Assembly: GCA_020148145.1 (NCBI GenBank)
Contig: JAHCRE010000021.1
Location: 2,538-66,537, forward strand
Length of the DNA: 64,000 bases
Source: Patescibacteria group bacterium
Lineage (GTDB): Bacteria > Patescibacteriota > Minisyncoccia > Minisyncoccales > JAHCRE01
Direction: 5' to 3'
The notes beneath the pieces are model-generated. The model saw only the letters and a list, made by a program, of their open reading frames with translations. It was not told the DNA's origin and did no database searches. How positions within the stretch are numbered: position 1 is the first letter of the stretch; every line of letters starts with the position of its first letter. Shown here piece after piece: positions 10,901 through 20,248 of this stretch. Made by a program: the position numbers and the translations under genes.

Positions 10901-11461
10901 AAAGGAAAAACAGTGGTAATGGAATATAAAATTCCAGCAAAGATGGCAATCTGGGTGGAGCCTGGACAAGAAATCAAAAAAGGTCAACAACTTTGTGAAG
11001 GAAATTTAGATTTAAAAGATTTTTTTAAACTCAAAGGAAAAGAGGAAACTCAGCGTTATATTGTTAAGGAAATTCAGAGCATTTACGTCTCCCAAGGAGC
11101 CACTATCCATGATAAACATATCGAAGTAATAGTTCGCCAGATGTTTTCTCGAGTAAAGATTAAAAATGCCGGGGATTCCTTTTTCACTCCCGGTGAAATT
11201 ATAGAGCGACCTAAGTTTTTAGAGGAGAATCTTAGACTAAAAAAAGAAAATAAAAAACCAGCTCAGGGAGATCTGGTTTTGCTTGGAATTTCCCGAGTAG
11301 CCTTGACTACTGATAGCTTTTTATCAGCAGCGTCTTTTCAGGAAACTTCTCGAGTTCTGATTAAAGCGGCCATTGAAGGAAAAGAAGATAAACTTTTGGG
11401 ATTGAAGGAGAATGTAATAATTGGTAAACTAATACCAGCAGGAACCGGGCTTAGAAAATGA
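7907..11461 (+). CDS. rpoC: DNA-directed RNA polymerase subunit beta'
   Basis: 1184 aa. Zn-binding CYCGRYRR..C..CGV, catalytic NADFDGDQM, trigger-loop and bridge-helix blocks. Confidence 0.97.
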   Translation: MRVADLESIKIRLASPEEILSWSHGEVIKPETINYRTQRPEKDGLFCERTFGPVKDYQCYCGRYRRIRYKGIICDRCGVEVTKSIVRRERMGHIKLATPCSHIWFLRGVPSRIGMVLNISAPQLERVIYFAAYIITKVDEKAKKKTLGEIEKEYKRKIKKIKNKKKEIQKLKEARDRAREEVLGIKPLKILLEIEYRNLSLKYGEIFEAGTGAESLRRIFEKVDLKKNILSLKKELEKASGITKRKIFRRLKLLQGMIRGGIRPEWMFLTILPVLPPDLRPMVQLDGGRYASSDLNDLYRRAINRNNRLKYLLEINAPEVIVRNEKRMLQEAVDALIDNGMRKGTMIRATTGGRRLLKSLADMLEGKQGRFRQNLLGKRVDYSGRSVIVVGPELKLNQCGLPKKMALELFKPFVIRKILDKELAYNVRGASRLIEGETDEVWAILEEVVKDKLVLLNRAPTLHRLGIQAFYPVLIEGEVIRIHPMVCGAFNADFDGDQMAIHLPLSAEAQKEASEIMLATLNLLKPATGTPVVTIYQDIVLGCYWLTKIKPGVKGEGKIFASPEEAKIAVKFSQVDLKAKIKVKIKDQVLETSVGRILFNRTLPEDYPFQNIRINIKELERIVGEILAKYPIEIYQEILDKIKNLGFEYSTISGISWGMDDLIVPPEKKEILERAEREIGQIETHFKKGLLSPEEKSSKIIEVWTKVKSKIERLVPETLPQHGSVFQMIDAGARGSWSQPVQMTGMKGLVINPAGQIIELPVKSSFKEGLDVLEYFISTHGARKGTADTALRTSTAGYLTRRLIDVSHEVIISEENCRDKKGTEILREDAEEIGQDFLLKIVGRIALEDIKKKKSKKKIVKKGEIIDWQKAKAIIEAKIEKIRIRSPLSCKSIRGICQKCYGWDLGKNQLIKLGEAVGIVAAQAIGEPGTQLTMRTFHLGGVAGGGDITFGLPRVEEIFEARIPKGKAEISHVEGKIIEITPAGIIKIKPKTKNPKLKKGKTVVMEYKIPAKMAIWVEPGQEIKKGQQLCEGNLDLKDFFKLKGKEETQRYIVKEIQSIYVSQGATIHDKHIEVIVRQMFSRVKIKNAGDSFFTPGEIIERPKFLEENLRLKKENKKPAQGDLVLLGISRVALTTDSFLSAASFQETSRVLIKAAIEGKEDKLLGLKENVIIGKLIPAGTGLRK

Positions 11462-13545
11462 AAAGGAAAAATCGAAAAAAATTAAATAAACTCCTGGCTG
11501 AAAAGAAAAAATCCGAAAAGTTTGGTTTATCTGAAAAAACAAAAAGATTGATTTTGGGAATTTTAATGTTCTTGTTGACCATTATTATTGCCTTGAGTTT
11601 TTTTGATTTAGCAGGAGTAATTGGGACTTATCTAATAAAAGGCTTTACTTTCTTAATTGGGAAAGCAATTTTTGTAATACCATTACTCTTTGTTTTAGAA
11701 GGTTTAATATTTTTTAATACAAAGTATAAAAAATTTTTATCCCCAACCATTTTAGCAATTTTCATTCTGATTTTAGGAATCTCGGGAATTTTTGGTGCTT
11801 TTAATTTAAATCAAAAACAAGGGGGCTGGTTGGGTTATATTTTTAATTCTTTTCTTCAAAAGCTCTTTGGTTTTTGGGTGACCCAGATTATATTTACTAC
11901 TCTAATTATTGTCGGAGGTTTAATTTTCTGGCAATTTTTTCGCCAACCTCCACCCTTAGAAGAAAAAAAACCCTTAGTTTCGCGAATATTTCAAAAGATA
12001 GAGAGATTCCCTAAGTTTAAGGTAAAAGGGGTTGAGCCCATTCCTAAGCCTCAAGAAGTTAAGCTAAAACCTCAGGAAATTAAAATGCCTTCTTTAGAAT
12101 TAAAAACTAGACCGTTAGAAACTACTCTTGTCAGTAGAACTTATCGATTCCCACCCTTCGATTTACTGGAGACTGATCGGGAGATTCCGAGTAGCGGTGA
12201 TACTAGAACAAACTCTGCCATTATCAAAAAGACTTTAGAAAATTTTAATATTAGAGTTGAAATGTCAGAAATAAATATTGGTCCAACAGTAACTCAGTAT
12301 ACTTTAAAGCCAGCTGAAGGGGTGAAGTTATCCAAAATTACTAATCTTTCTAATAATTTAGCCTTGGCTTTAGCTTCCCATCCAATTAGAATTGAAGCCC
12401 CTATTCCTGGAAGGTCTTTGGTGGGAATAGAAGTTCCGAATAAAGTTAGGGCTCAGGTTAGGTTAAGAAATTTGATTGATAATCCTGATTTTCAAAAATC
12501 CGTTTCTAGCCTCCTTTTTGCTTTAGGAAGAGATGTTTCGGGTAATCCGGCCTATGCTGATCTTTCTAGAATGCCCCACCTTTTAGTTGCCGGCTCCACT
12601 GGTACTGGTAAAACTATTTTTTTAAACTCCCTAATTTTAAGTCTTCTCTATCGAAGTTCTCCAGAAATTTTGAAACTTATTCTAATTGACCCCAAGAGAG
12701 TTGAGTTTTCCATTTACAACGAGTTGCCCCATCTTTTGTGTCCAGTAATCTATGATCCTTCTCGGACAGTCAATGCGCTACATTGGCTGACTAGCGAGAT
12801 GGAAAGAAGATTCGATGTTTTATCGGAGTTTAAAGCAAGGGATATTGAGAGTTATAATCGGATGATTAAAGAAAAGAGCGAACTAATGCCCTACATTATT
12901 TTAATCATTGATGAGTTAGCCGATTTAATGGCGGCTAAAGGCAGGGAAGTAGAGGCAGGTATTGTTAGATTGGCTCAGATGTCAAGAGCGGTTGGAATTC
13001 ATTTAGTAGTGGCTACTCAGAGGCCATCAGTTGAAGTAATAACTGGTTTAATCAAGGCCAATATTACTTCTAGGACTACCTTCCAAGTAGCCTCCCAAGT
13101 TGACTCAAGAACTGTTTTAGATATGGCCGGAGCAGAAAAACTTTTGGGTTTAGGGGATATGCTTTATGTTTCAGCCGAGATTGTCAAGCCAAGAAGAATC
13201 CAGGGAGCCTATGTTTCAGAAAAAGAAGTTAAAAAAGTGGTTAATTGGATAAAAAAAGAAAGCGAAAAATTAGAAATTGGAGAAGAAATGAAAGAGGAGC
13301 TAACTCAAGATTTAGAAAAAGACTTGAAGGCTTCTGGGAGAGAATTTTTACATGGTTTAGAAGATCCCTTATATGAGGAGGCAAAAAGAGTAGTGGTTGA
13401 AGCTAGGAAGGCATCAGCTTCTCTTTTACAAAGAAGATTGAGAATTGGTTATGCTCGGGCAGCTAGACTAATTGATATGTTAGAAGAAAAAGGGGTGGTA
13501 GGGCCAGGGGAAGGAGCGAAACCAAGAAAAGTTTATTTAGAATAA
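11458..13545 (+). CDS. ftsK: DNA translocase FtsK/SpoIIIE
   Basis: N-terminal TM helices, Walker A GSTGTGKT, DELADLM, C-terminal gamma (winged-helix) domain. ATGA overlap with the rpoC stop. Confidence 0.9.
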   Translation: MKRKNRKKLNKLLAEKKKSEKFGLSEKTKRLILGILMFLLTIIIALSFFDLAGVIGTYLIKGFTFLIGKAIFVIPLLFVLEGLIFFNTKYKKFLSPTILAIFILILGISGIFGAFNLNQKQGGWLGYIFNSFLQKLFGFWVTQIIFTTLIIVGGLIFWQFFRQPPPLEEKKPLVSRIFQKIERFPKFKVKGVEPIPKPQEVKLKPQEIKMPSLELKTRPLETTLVSRTYRFPPFDLLETDREIPSSGDTRTNSAIIKKTLENFNIRVEMSEINIGPTVTQYTLKPAEGVKLSKITNLSNNLALALASHPIRIEAPIPGRSLVGIEVPNKVRAQVRLRNLIDNPDFQKSVSSLLFALGRDVSGNPAYADLSRMPHLLVAGSTGTGKTIFLNSLILSLLYRSSPEILKLILIDPKRVEFSIYNELPHLLCPVIYDPSRTVNALHWLTSEMERRFDVLSEFKARDIESYNRMIKEKSELMPYIILIIDELADLMAAKGREVEAGIVRLAQMSRAVGIHLVVATQRPSVEVITGLIKANITSRTTFQVASQVDSRTVLDMAGAEKLLGLGDMLYVSAEIVKPRRIQGAYVSEKEVKKVVNWIKKESEKLEIGEEMKEELTQDLEKDLKASGREFLHGLEDPLYEEAKRVVVEARKASASLLQRRLRIGYARAARLIDMLEEKGVVGPGEGAKPRKVYLE

Positions 13546-13625
13546 AAATTGCTAATTTGAAAGAAATAAATTATTATTAAATAAGAACCTACCTTCGGCA
13601 GAACCTTGACTTCTTCGAAATTAAG

Positions 13626-14615
13626 ATGAAAAAGAAAACTGAGCAAAAAAAGGATTTGAAAGAGGCGGTAGCTGAGATTAAACAAAGATTTGGTGAGGGG
13701 GCGATTATGAAATTAAAAGAGGCCAAACCAGTCGCTGTTGATGTTATTCCTACCGGTTCAATTTCCTTAGATTTAGCCTTGGGAGTAAGTGGTATCCCTA
13801 GAGGAAGAGTAGTTGAAATTTTCGGACCTGAAGGAGGAGGGAAAACAACTTTGGCGCTTCATATTTTAGCTGAGGCTCAAAAAAGAGGAGGTCAAGCAGC
13901 CTTTATTGATGCTGAGCATGCTTTGGATCCTGATTGGGCAAAAAGAATCGGAGTAAATGTTGATGATCTTTTAATTTCCCAGCCAGATTCTGGAGAACAA
14001 GCCTTAGAGATCGTTGAGACCTTAGTTAGATCAGGAACAGTTGATGTCATTGTTATTGATTCAGTAGCTGCTTTAACTCCTCGGGCGGAAATTGCTGGTG
14101 AAATGGGAGAATTTCAAATCGGTCTCCAGGCTAGATTAATGTCGCAGGCCTTGAGAAAATTGTCTAGCATTATTTCAAAAACAAAGACATCGGTTATTTT
14201 CTTGAATCAGACTAGGATGAAAATTGGTATTCGCTTTGGAAACCCCGAAACCACCCCAGGAGGATTAGCCCTAAAATTTTATTCCTCAGTGAGAATTGCC
14301 TTGAGGAGAATTGCCCAGATAAAACATGGTGAGGAAATTATTGCTAGCAGAATAAAGGCAAAAATAGTTAAAAATAAAGTAGCCGCTCCTTTTAAAACCA
14401 CTGAATTCGATATTTATTACAATGAAGGAATTTCTTATCTCGCCGATATTTTAAATACCGGAGAGAAAGTGGATATTGTTAAAAAAGCCGGGAGTTGGTT
14501 TCAATATGAAAATATAAAACTGGGCCAGGGAATTGAGGGAGCAAAAAAATTTTTAAAAGAAAATCCAGAAATCACAAAGAAAATAGAAAAAGCTATAATA
14601 AGCCAAGCCAAATAA
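13626..14615 (+). CDS. recA: Recombinase RecA
   Basis: [13 protein letters not shown]-loop, [18 protein letters not shown]. Confidence 0.97.
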   Translation: MKKKTEQKKDLKEAVAEIKQRFGEGAIMKLKEAKPVAVDVIPTGSISLDLALGVSGIPRGRVVEIFGPEGGGKTTLALHILAEAQKRGGQAAFIDAEHALDPDWAKRIGVNVDDLLISQPDSGEQALEIVETLVRSGTVDVIVIDSVAALTPRAEIAGEMGEFQIGLQARLMSQALRKLSSIISKTKTSVIFLNQTRMKIGIRFGNPETTPGGLALKFYSSVRIALRRIAQIKHGEEIIASRIKAKIVKNKVAAPFKTTEFDIYYNEGISYLADILNTGEKVDIVKKAGSWFQYENIKLGQGIEGAKKFLKENPEITKKIEKAIISQAK

Positions 14616-14656
14616 AAACGGCCAAAGTTTATAAAATAATTGAGCCGTTTTTTTAT
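14614..14656. terminator. Possible bidirectional terminator between convergent recA and rpsR
   Basis: ACGGC (14618-14622) / GCCGT (14644-14648), flanked by an A-run and a T-run. The loop is long (21 nt), so this is weak. Confidence 0.35.
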
Positions 14657-14661
14657 TTAGA

Positions 14662-14859
14662 TTACTTGGTGGTATAGGGCAATAATCCTAAATGCCTCGC
14701 TCTCTTAATCGCTTTAGCCAGTTTTCGTTGGTGCTTAGAGCAGACTCCAGTTCTTTTTTTTGCCCTAATTTTTCCTGAGCCTGAGATAAATTTCCGCAAA
14801 AGTTCTATATCTTTAAAATCAATTTCATTTATTCCTTTTTGACAAAAATAACAATCCAT
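14662..14859 (-). CDS. rpsR: 30S ribosomal protein S18
   Basis: 65 aa; ...FKDIELLRKFIS..GKI..KKRTG.C.KHQRKLAKAIKRAR.LGLLPY. Confidence 0.93.
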   Translation of the reverse strand: MDCYFCQKGINEIDFKDIELLRKFISGSGKIRAKKRTGVCSKHQRKLAKAIKRARHLGLLPYTTK

Positions 14860-14880
14860 AGTTTTTTACTTCGTAAAAAA

Positions 14881-15453
14881 TTAGAAATTGATTAAACGAT
14901 TACTTTTTTTAATATTTTTTATTTTCTCTAACAGCTGCAGGTTTTCTAAAGCCCAGCATTGTTTAAATTCTAAATCATTGGGAGAAGTATAATTAAATAA
15001 ACTTTTCGGCTTTATGTGATCAATTTCAATTTCTCCTTTCAAAAATCTTTCCCAATTCATCCTATTTTTAAACTGTTTCTCCAAATGCTCTTTTAATTCC
15101 TCTACTGTGTATCCTACTAAATCCTCCCACCTTCTACCTTTCTTCATTTCTTTTAAACTATTCCTAATTGAAACCTCCATCCGGTGATCTAAATTTCCTT
15201 TTGGTGTCTTTCTTTTTTTCCTATTAAAATGCCGGTGTATTTTCCGTTCCTTTTCGGGATTATTTTTTTTCCATTTGGTGCAAGCAATATACCTTTCTTT
15301 CTTATGGGTAGCTCTGTATTTTCTACAAATAGCATTAGCTCTTTCGGGATTTTTCTTTCTCCACAATCGCCAATATTCTTTTAATTTCTCTCTATTTCTT
15401 CCACGCCATTTTTTATGGTATGTTTTTCTTTTTTCGGGGTCTTTATAAGGCAT
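14881..15453 (-). CDS. HNH endonuclease with a basic repeat-rich N-terminal region
   Basis: C-terminal IDHIKPKS...NLQLL...N..KSN (HNH/His-Me finger). The N-terminus is made of K/R/W-rich repeats (K.YHKKWR.RNREKLKEY...). Confidence 0.8.
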   Translation of the reverse strand: MPYKDPEKRKTYHKKWRGRNREKLKEYWRLWRKKNPERANAICRKYRATHKKERYIACTKWKKNNPEKERKIHRHFNRKKRKTPKGNLDHRMEVSIRNSLKEMKKGRRWEDLVGYTVEELKEHLEKQFKNRMNWERFLKGEIEIDHIKPKSLFNYTSPNDLEFKQCWALENLQLLEKIKNIKKSNRLINF

Positions 15454-15483
15454 TACTTAATTATATCACATAAAACCCAAAAG

Positions 15484-15636
15484 TTAAAGAAATGTTCTGA
15501 AAATGGTTTTAATCTTTTGTATTTTTTCTTTATTTTTTCGATGATATTCCTTCTTATTTTTGAGTATCTTTTCCCTATTCTTCTGATAATACTCTTTTTT
15601 ATTTTGTCGTTCCTTTTCCTTGTCTTTGTAAGCCAT
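15484..15636 (-). pseudogene. 50-codon ORF resembling the N-terminus of the adjacent HNH gene (fragment or remnant)
   Basis: My translation is MAYKDKEKERQNKKEYYQKNREKILKNKKEYHRKNKEKIQKIKTIFRTFL. Compare HNH MPYKDPEKRKTYHKKWRGRNREKLKEYWRLWRKKNPE. Too short to appear in the ORF track. Confidence 0.4.
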
Positions 15637-15743
15637 AATTCTTATAATTAACTCTCATAGATTGTGAGTACTTGAAAAAATAACAAATAAAACGCTCACT
15701 TATTTATTACTTTATTATAAGCATTTTAAGAGTTTTTATTGAC

Positions 15744-16187
<444 letters not shown>

Positions 16188-16209
16188 TTATTTACTATTT
16201 CAATTATAA

Positions 16210-16650
16210 TTATTCACCCAAAATTTCTTCCAATTTTTTTTCAATTTCTTTCAATTCGACCTTTGGAGCCCGCCCGGGTCTTTCAGGAGCTGGAATCTCT
16301 TTTCCAGAGACTTTTCTAAGGACTGGTTCTTTTCTAAAGATTTTGGCGGGAATTTCAATTACCTTTTTTTCTTTTTTAGTTATTACATAACGGAGAACTT
16401 GACTTTCAGATTTGAGTTTTTTCTCCAAATTCTCCAATTTTTTAGAGTCAAGATGAAAATCTACACTAATTAAATAGGCTGTCCCCCTTTTTTTTATTAG
16501 ATAGCCCAGTTCTCTCTTAAGAGGATTTTTTACTTTACCTAAACTCCCTCCTTCTTCTTTAATAAAGGAATTTGTCTTTTCAGAAAAATTTTTAATTTTC
16601 TCTTCAGAAAGTTCTGGTGAAACTAAATAGGTTAATTCGTAGTACTTCAT
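16210..16650 (-). CDS. rpsF: 30S ribosomal protein S6 with a C-terminal extension
   Basis: MKYYELTYLVSPELSEE... is a typical S6 N-terminus. The start is moved to M11 of the tracked ORF (16650), which removes the overlap with ychF. Confidence 0.85.
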   Translation of the reverse strand: MKYYELTYLVSPELSEEKIKNFSEKTNSFIKEEGGSLGKVKNPLKRELGYLIKKRGTAYLISVDFHLDSKKLENLEKKLKSESQVLRYVITKKEKKVIEIPAKIFRKEPVLRKVSGKEIPAPERPGRAPKVELKEIEKKLEEILGE

Positions 16651-16663
16651 TTTTTTCTTCAAA

Positions 16664-17707
16664 TTATATTTTAAATTCAATTACATTTCCATTCTGAACT
16701 AAATAATCTTTTCCAACTGTTTTTATCCAACCTAATTCCCGGGCTTTTGTCCAAATTCCGGCCTCAACCAGCTTTCGCCAGGAGATTATTTCAGCACGGA
16801 TGAATTTTTTTTCAAAATCAGAATGGACTTTTCCTCCAGCCTGAGGGCATTTTAGACCTCTTTTTAGGGTCCAGGCTTTTGTTTCTTTTCCTCCGGCAAC
16901 CGTGAAAAAGGTGATTAAATCAAGAACATTGTAACAACTTAAAATTAACTGGTCAAGCGAGCTTTTTAATTTAAGCTCCCCTTTTTCTTTAAGAGAAAGT
17001 TCTGAGATTTCTTCTTCCAGTTTTAAATTAAGAGAGATAGAACTAACCCCTAATTCTTTTTTTAATTCAAATTTCTCTTGACTATGGTTTAGGAGATAAA
17101 CAATTGGTTTTTGGGTTAAAAATTGAAATTCGTTAAGTTCTGATCTTTCTTTTTCAGTTAAATTAAGTTTCAATATTAATTTTCCTTGAGCTACCGCCTC
17201 TCTAACCCTTTTTAAAAGTTCCCATTTTTTTAAATCCTTTTTGCCTTTTGTTTTGATATCTTTTCCTAATTTCAAAAGTAGATTTTCTAGGGTTTCCAAG
17301 TCTTTCATTAAAAGCTCAGTTTCAATAATTTCAATATCTCTTTTTGGATCGATGTCGCCTTCAACGTGCTCAATTTTCGGGTTTTCAAAAGCTCGGACTA
17401 CTTCAACTATGGCATCGCAATTTCTAATATAGCCTAAAAATTGATTTCCCAACCCCTCCCCTTTATGAGCCCCCTTAACTAAACCAGCAATGTCAACAAA
17501 TTCAATTGTAGTGGGAGTAATTTTTTCCGGTTTAATAACTTTGGCAATTTCTTCCAATCTTTTATCGGGGATAGTAACAAGGCCATAATTTGGATGAATA
17601 GTGGTAAAAGGATAAGGGGCAATATCAACTTTCTTTTTTGTTATAGCCTTAAATAAAGTTGATTTTCCAACATTTGGTAAACCAACAATGCCAACTGAAA
17701 AAGACAT
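16664..17707 (-). CDS. ychF: Ribosome-binding ATPase YchF
   Basis: GLPNVGKSTLF P-loop, DIAGLVKGAHKGEGLGN, C-terminal TGS-like domain. Confidence 0.92.
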   Translation of the reverse strand: MSFSVGIVGLPNVGKSTLFKAITKKKVDIAPYPFTTIHPNYGLVTIPDKRLEEIAKVIKPEKITPTTIEFVDIAGLVKGAHKGEGLGNQFLGYIRNCDAIVEVVRAFENPKIEHVEGDIDPKRDIEIIETELLMKDLETLENLLLKLGKDIKTKGKKDLKKWELLKRVREAVAQGKLILKLNLTEKERSELNEFQFLTQKPIVYLLNHSQEKFELKKELGVSSISLNLKLEEEISELSLKEKGELKLKSSLDQLILSCYNVLDLITFFTVAGGKETKAWTLKRGLKCPQAGGKVHSDFEKKFIRAEIISWRKLVEAGIWTKARELGWIKTVGKDYLVQNGNVIEFKI

Positions 17708-17731
17708 ATTAGTATGATATAATAAAAATAT

Positions 17732-19141
17732 ATGAAAATCAACCCTAATATTTTTCGAGCTTACGATATCCGAGGGGTTTTCCCGAGTGATTTAAATGAA
17801 GAAGTAGCCTATCGAATAACTTTAGCGTATACTTATTTGTATCCATGGGCTGAAAGAATAGTTGTTGCTCATGATCCGCGCACAAGTTCTCCTGCCTTGA
17901 CTGCGAAAATTACTAAGGCCTTAATTGAAACCGGTAAAGAAGTAATAGATATTGGTATAGCTCCCGACCCCTTATTTTATTTCTCAGTTTTTCACTACCG
18001 TTTCGATGGTGGCATTATGGTTAGCGGCTCTCATAATCCTAAAGAGTATAACGGGCTTACCTTACATATTCGAAAACCAGATAAAGAAATTAGCGAAGAT
18101 GCTATTGGAAAAGATTTAGAGAAGATAAAAGAGCTAGTTATAAGAAATGAAAAATTAAAGAGACAGAATAAACAGGGGAGAGTGACTACTTTCCATCCTA
18201 CGAAAGACTATATCAATTACGTAACAGACAGAATCAACCTGAAGCGTTCCTTAAAAATCATTATTGATTCGGGTAATGGGGCTGTTGGGTTTTTGCCTGA
18301 AAAAATTTTTAAAAAACTTGGTTGTCAAGTTAAAACAATTTACGGTGAATTCGATGGGGCATTTCCTCATCATTTACCCGATCCTTATCAAGAAAAAAAT
18401 ATCAAGGATATTAAAAAAATGGTTGTGAGAGAAAAAACCGATTTAGGTTTTGCTTACGATGGTGACGGGGATCGGGTTGCACCAATTGACAATCAGGGGA
18501 GGGTAGTGAGAGGCGATTTTTGTCTCTTGATGTTAGCCCAGCAGGTCCTCAAAAAGAAAAAGGGGCCAATTGTTCACGATATGAGAGTTTCCAAAGCCTT
18601 TTTAGATGAGATAAAAAAGAGGGGAGTAAAAACTTATTTTTCCATTTCTCATCACAATGCCGTTATTGATAAAATTATCGAAAAAGGAGCTGTTTTCGGA
18701 GGTGAGATTACTTATCATTTTTTGTTTCCGCTCGACTATTATCTTTGTGACGATGCTATCTTTTCTTCTCTAAAATTAGCTGAAATTTCTTCAGAATATA
18801 AAAATTTTGCTAAATATATCGATAGTCTGCCCCGTTATCATACAAGTCCAGAGGTATTTATTGATTCGACTGACGAAGAAAAGTTCAGAATTATTAAAAA
18901 TTTACAGAAATATCTCAGAAGAAATAATTATGATTTTATTGATATTGATGGGGCACGGATTAATTTCCTTCATGGTTGGGCTTTAGCCCGGGCAGCTAAT
19001 ACCACTCCAATTATAAAATGCCGCTTTGAAGGCGATACCAAAGAACATTTAATTGAGATAGAAAAAAAGGCTTTGGAGATTTTCAAAAAAGTTGGAATTC
19101 CTGTAACAAAAAAAACCTACCAAGAGTTAGGTTTCGAATGA
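17732..19141 (+). CDS. Phosphomannomutase/phosphoglucomutase (alpha-D-phosphohexomutase family)
   Basis: Active-site SGSHNP and metal-binding DGDGDR motifs. Confidence 0.85.
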   Translation: MKINPNIFRAYDIRGVFPSDLNEEVAYRITLAYTYLYPWAERIVVAHDPRTSSPALTAKITKALIETGKEVIDIGIAPDPLFYFSVFHYRFDGGIMVSGSHNPKEYNGLTLHIRKPDKEISEDAIGKDLEKIKELVIRNEKLKRQNKQGRVTTFHPTKDYINYVTDRINLKRSLKIIIDSGNGAVGFLPEKIFKKLGCQVKTIYGEFDGAFPHHLPDPYQEKNIKDIKKMVVREKTDLGFAYDGDGDRVAPIDNQGRVVRGDFCLLMLAQQVLKKKKGPIVHDMRVSKAFLDEIKKRGVKTYFSISHHNAVIDKIIEKGAVFGGEITYHFLFPLDYYLCDDAIFSSLKLAEISSEYKNFAKYIDSLPRYHTSPEVFIDSTDEEKFRIIKNLQKYLRRNNYDFIDIDGARINFLHGWALARAANTTPIIKCRFEGDTKEHLIEIEKKALEIFKKVGIPVTKKTYQELGFE

Positions 19142-19143
19142 GA

Positions 19144-19160
19144 ATGAGAACAGTTCTCAT
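19144..19160. terminator. Hairpin between the convergent phosphohexomutase and trpS genes
   Basis: ATGAGAA-CAG-TTCTCAT: perfect 7-bp stem with a 3-nt loop. Confidence 0.5.
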
Positions 19161-19173
19161 TTGGGACAGACCG

Positions 19174-20151
19174 TTATATAAGGCCCATTTTCTTTTTAAC
19201 TTTGCACATTGTAGATTGGGCTAAAACTCTAGCCTTCCCTGCTCCTTTTTCCAAGATATTTTTGATATAAACTTCTCTTTTGAGAAGCCCTTTTTTCTTT
19301 TGGCGAAAAGGTTCTAAAGAATTTATTAAAAGTTTTATTAGAGATTTTTTGAATTCTTCGTAACCCCTGCCTTTAAAATTCCTTTCTATTTCTCTAATTG
19401 ACTTTCCGCTAAAGAGGGAATAAATAGTTAAGAGATTAGAAATTCCTGGTTTTTTGATAGGGTTATATTTTATTTTTTTCCTTGGATCAGTAATGGCTAC
19501 CATTATTTTTCTCTTAATTCTTTCTGGGCTGTCAAAAATTCCAATACAACCTTTAGGGTCGTCAGTTTTTGACATTTTCTTTTTTGGACCCTGCAAAGAC
19601 ATAATTTTTGCCCCTATTTTAGGAAGAAGAACCTTAGGTACTTTAAAAGTTTTACCAAATTGCCGATTAAATTTTCTAGCAATAGTTCTAGCTAGTTCAA
19701 CATGTTGCTGTTGGTCTTTACCAACTGGAACTAAATCAGTTTGATACAATAAAATATCAGCAACCATTAATAAAGGATAATTCAAAAGTCCGGCATTAAC
19801 GTACTCTGGATGTTTTTTTGTCTTTTCTTTAAATTGGGTCATCCTTTTTAATTCTCCTAAAGGAGTTATTGTGCCTAGTAGCCAAGCCAATTCAGCGTGC
19901 TCTTTTACCTGAGACTGAACAAAAAAGATGCACTTTTCTGGATTTAAACCAGCTGCCAAATAGGAGATAGCTAGCTCCTGAATATTCTCTTGAAGCCCTT
20001 CAGTTTTGTAGGGAGTAGTTATGGCATGTAAATCAACAATACAAAAAACACACTCATTTTTCTCTTGGAGCTCAACCCAATTCTTTATAGCACCCAAATA
20101 ATTCCCTATATGTAATTCACCTGTTGGCCTGACGCCACTAAAAATCCTCAT
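19174..20151 (-). CDS. trpS: Tryptophan--tRNA ligase
   Basis: HIGNYLG (HIGH) and KMSKT (KMSKS) motifs; size and overall pattern fit class I TrpRS. Confidence 0.95.
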   Translation of the reverse strand: MRIFSGVRPTGELHIGNYLGAIKNWVELQEKNECVFCIVDLHAITTPYKTEGLQENIQELAISYLAAGLNPEKCIFFVQSQVKEHAELAWLLGTITPLGELKRMTQFKEKTKKHPEYVNAGLLNYPLLMVADILLYQTDLVPVGKDQQQHVELARTIARKFNRQFGKTFKVPKVLLPKIGAKIMSLQGPKKKMSKTDDPKGCIGIFDSPERIKRKIMVAITDPRKKIKYNPIKKPGISNLLTIYSLFSGKSIREIERNFKGRGYEEFKKSLIKLLINSLEPFRQKKKGLLKREVYIKNILEKGAGKARVLAQSTMCKVKKKMGLI

Positions 20152-20248
20152 AATTTAAGTCGAATTAACAGTTTTTTAGTTAATCAGTTTTTAAATTTTA
20201 ACATAAATTGATATTTTTCGAAAGCAAAGTCTTCTTAATTCCGATCAA

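Noticed and set aside
15415-15651. 78-aa plus-strand ORF between the HNH gene and ssb
   Set aside because: It is a Phe/Leu/Ile-rich translation of the antisense strand of the HNH-like N-terminal fragment. The minus-strand reading has recognisable similarity to the neighbouring gene.
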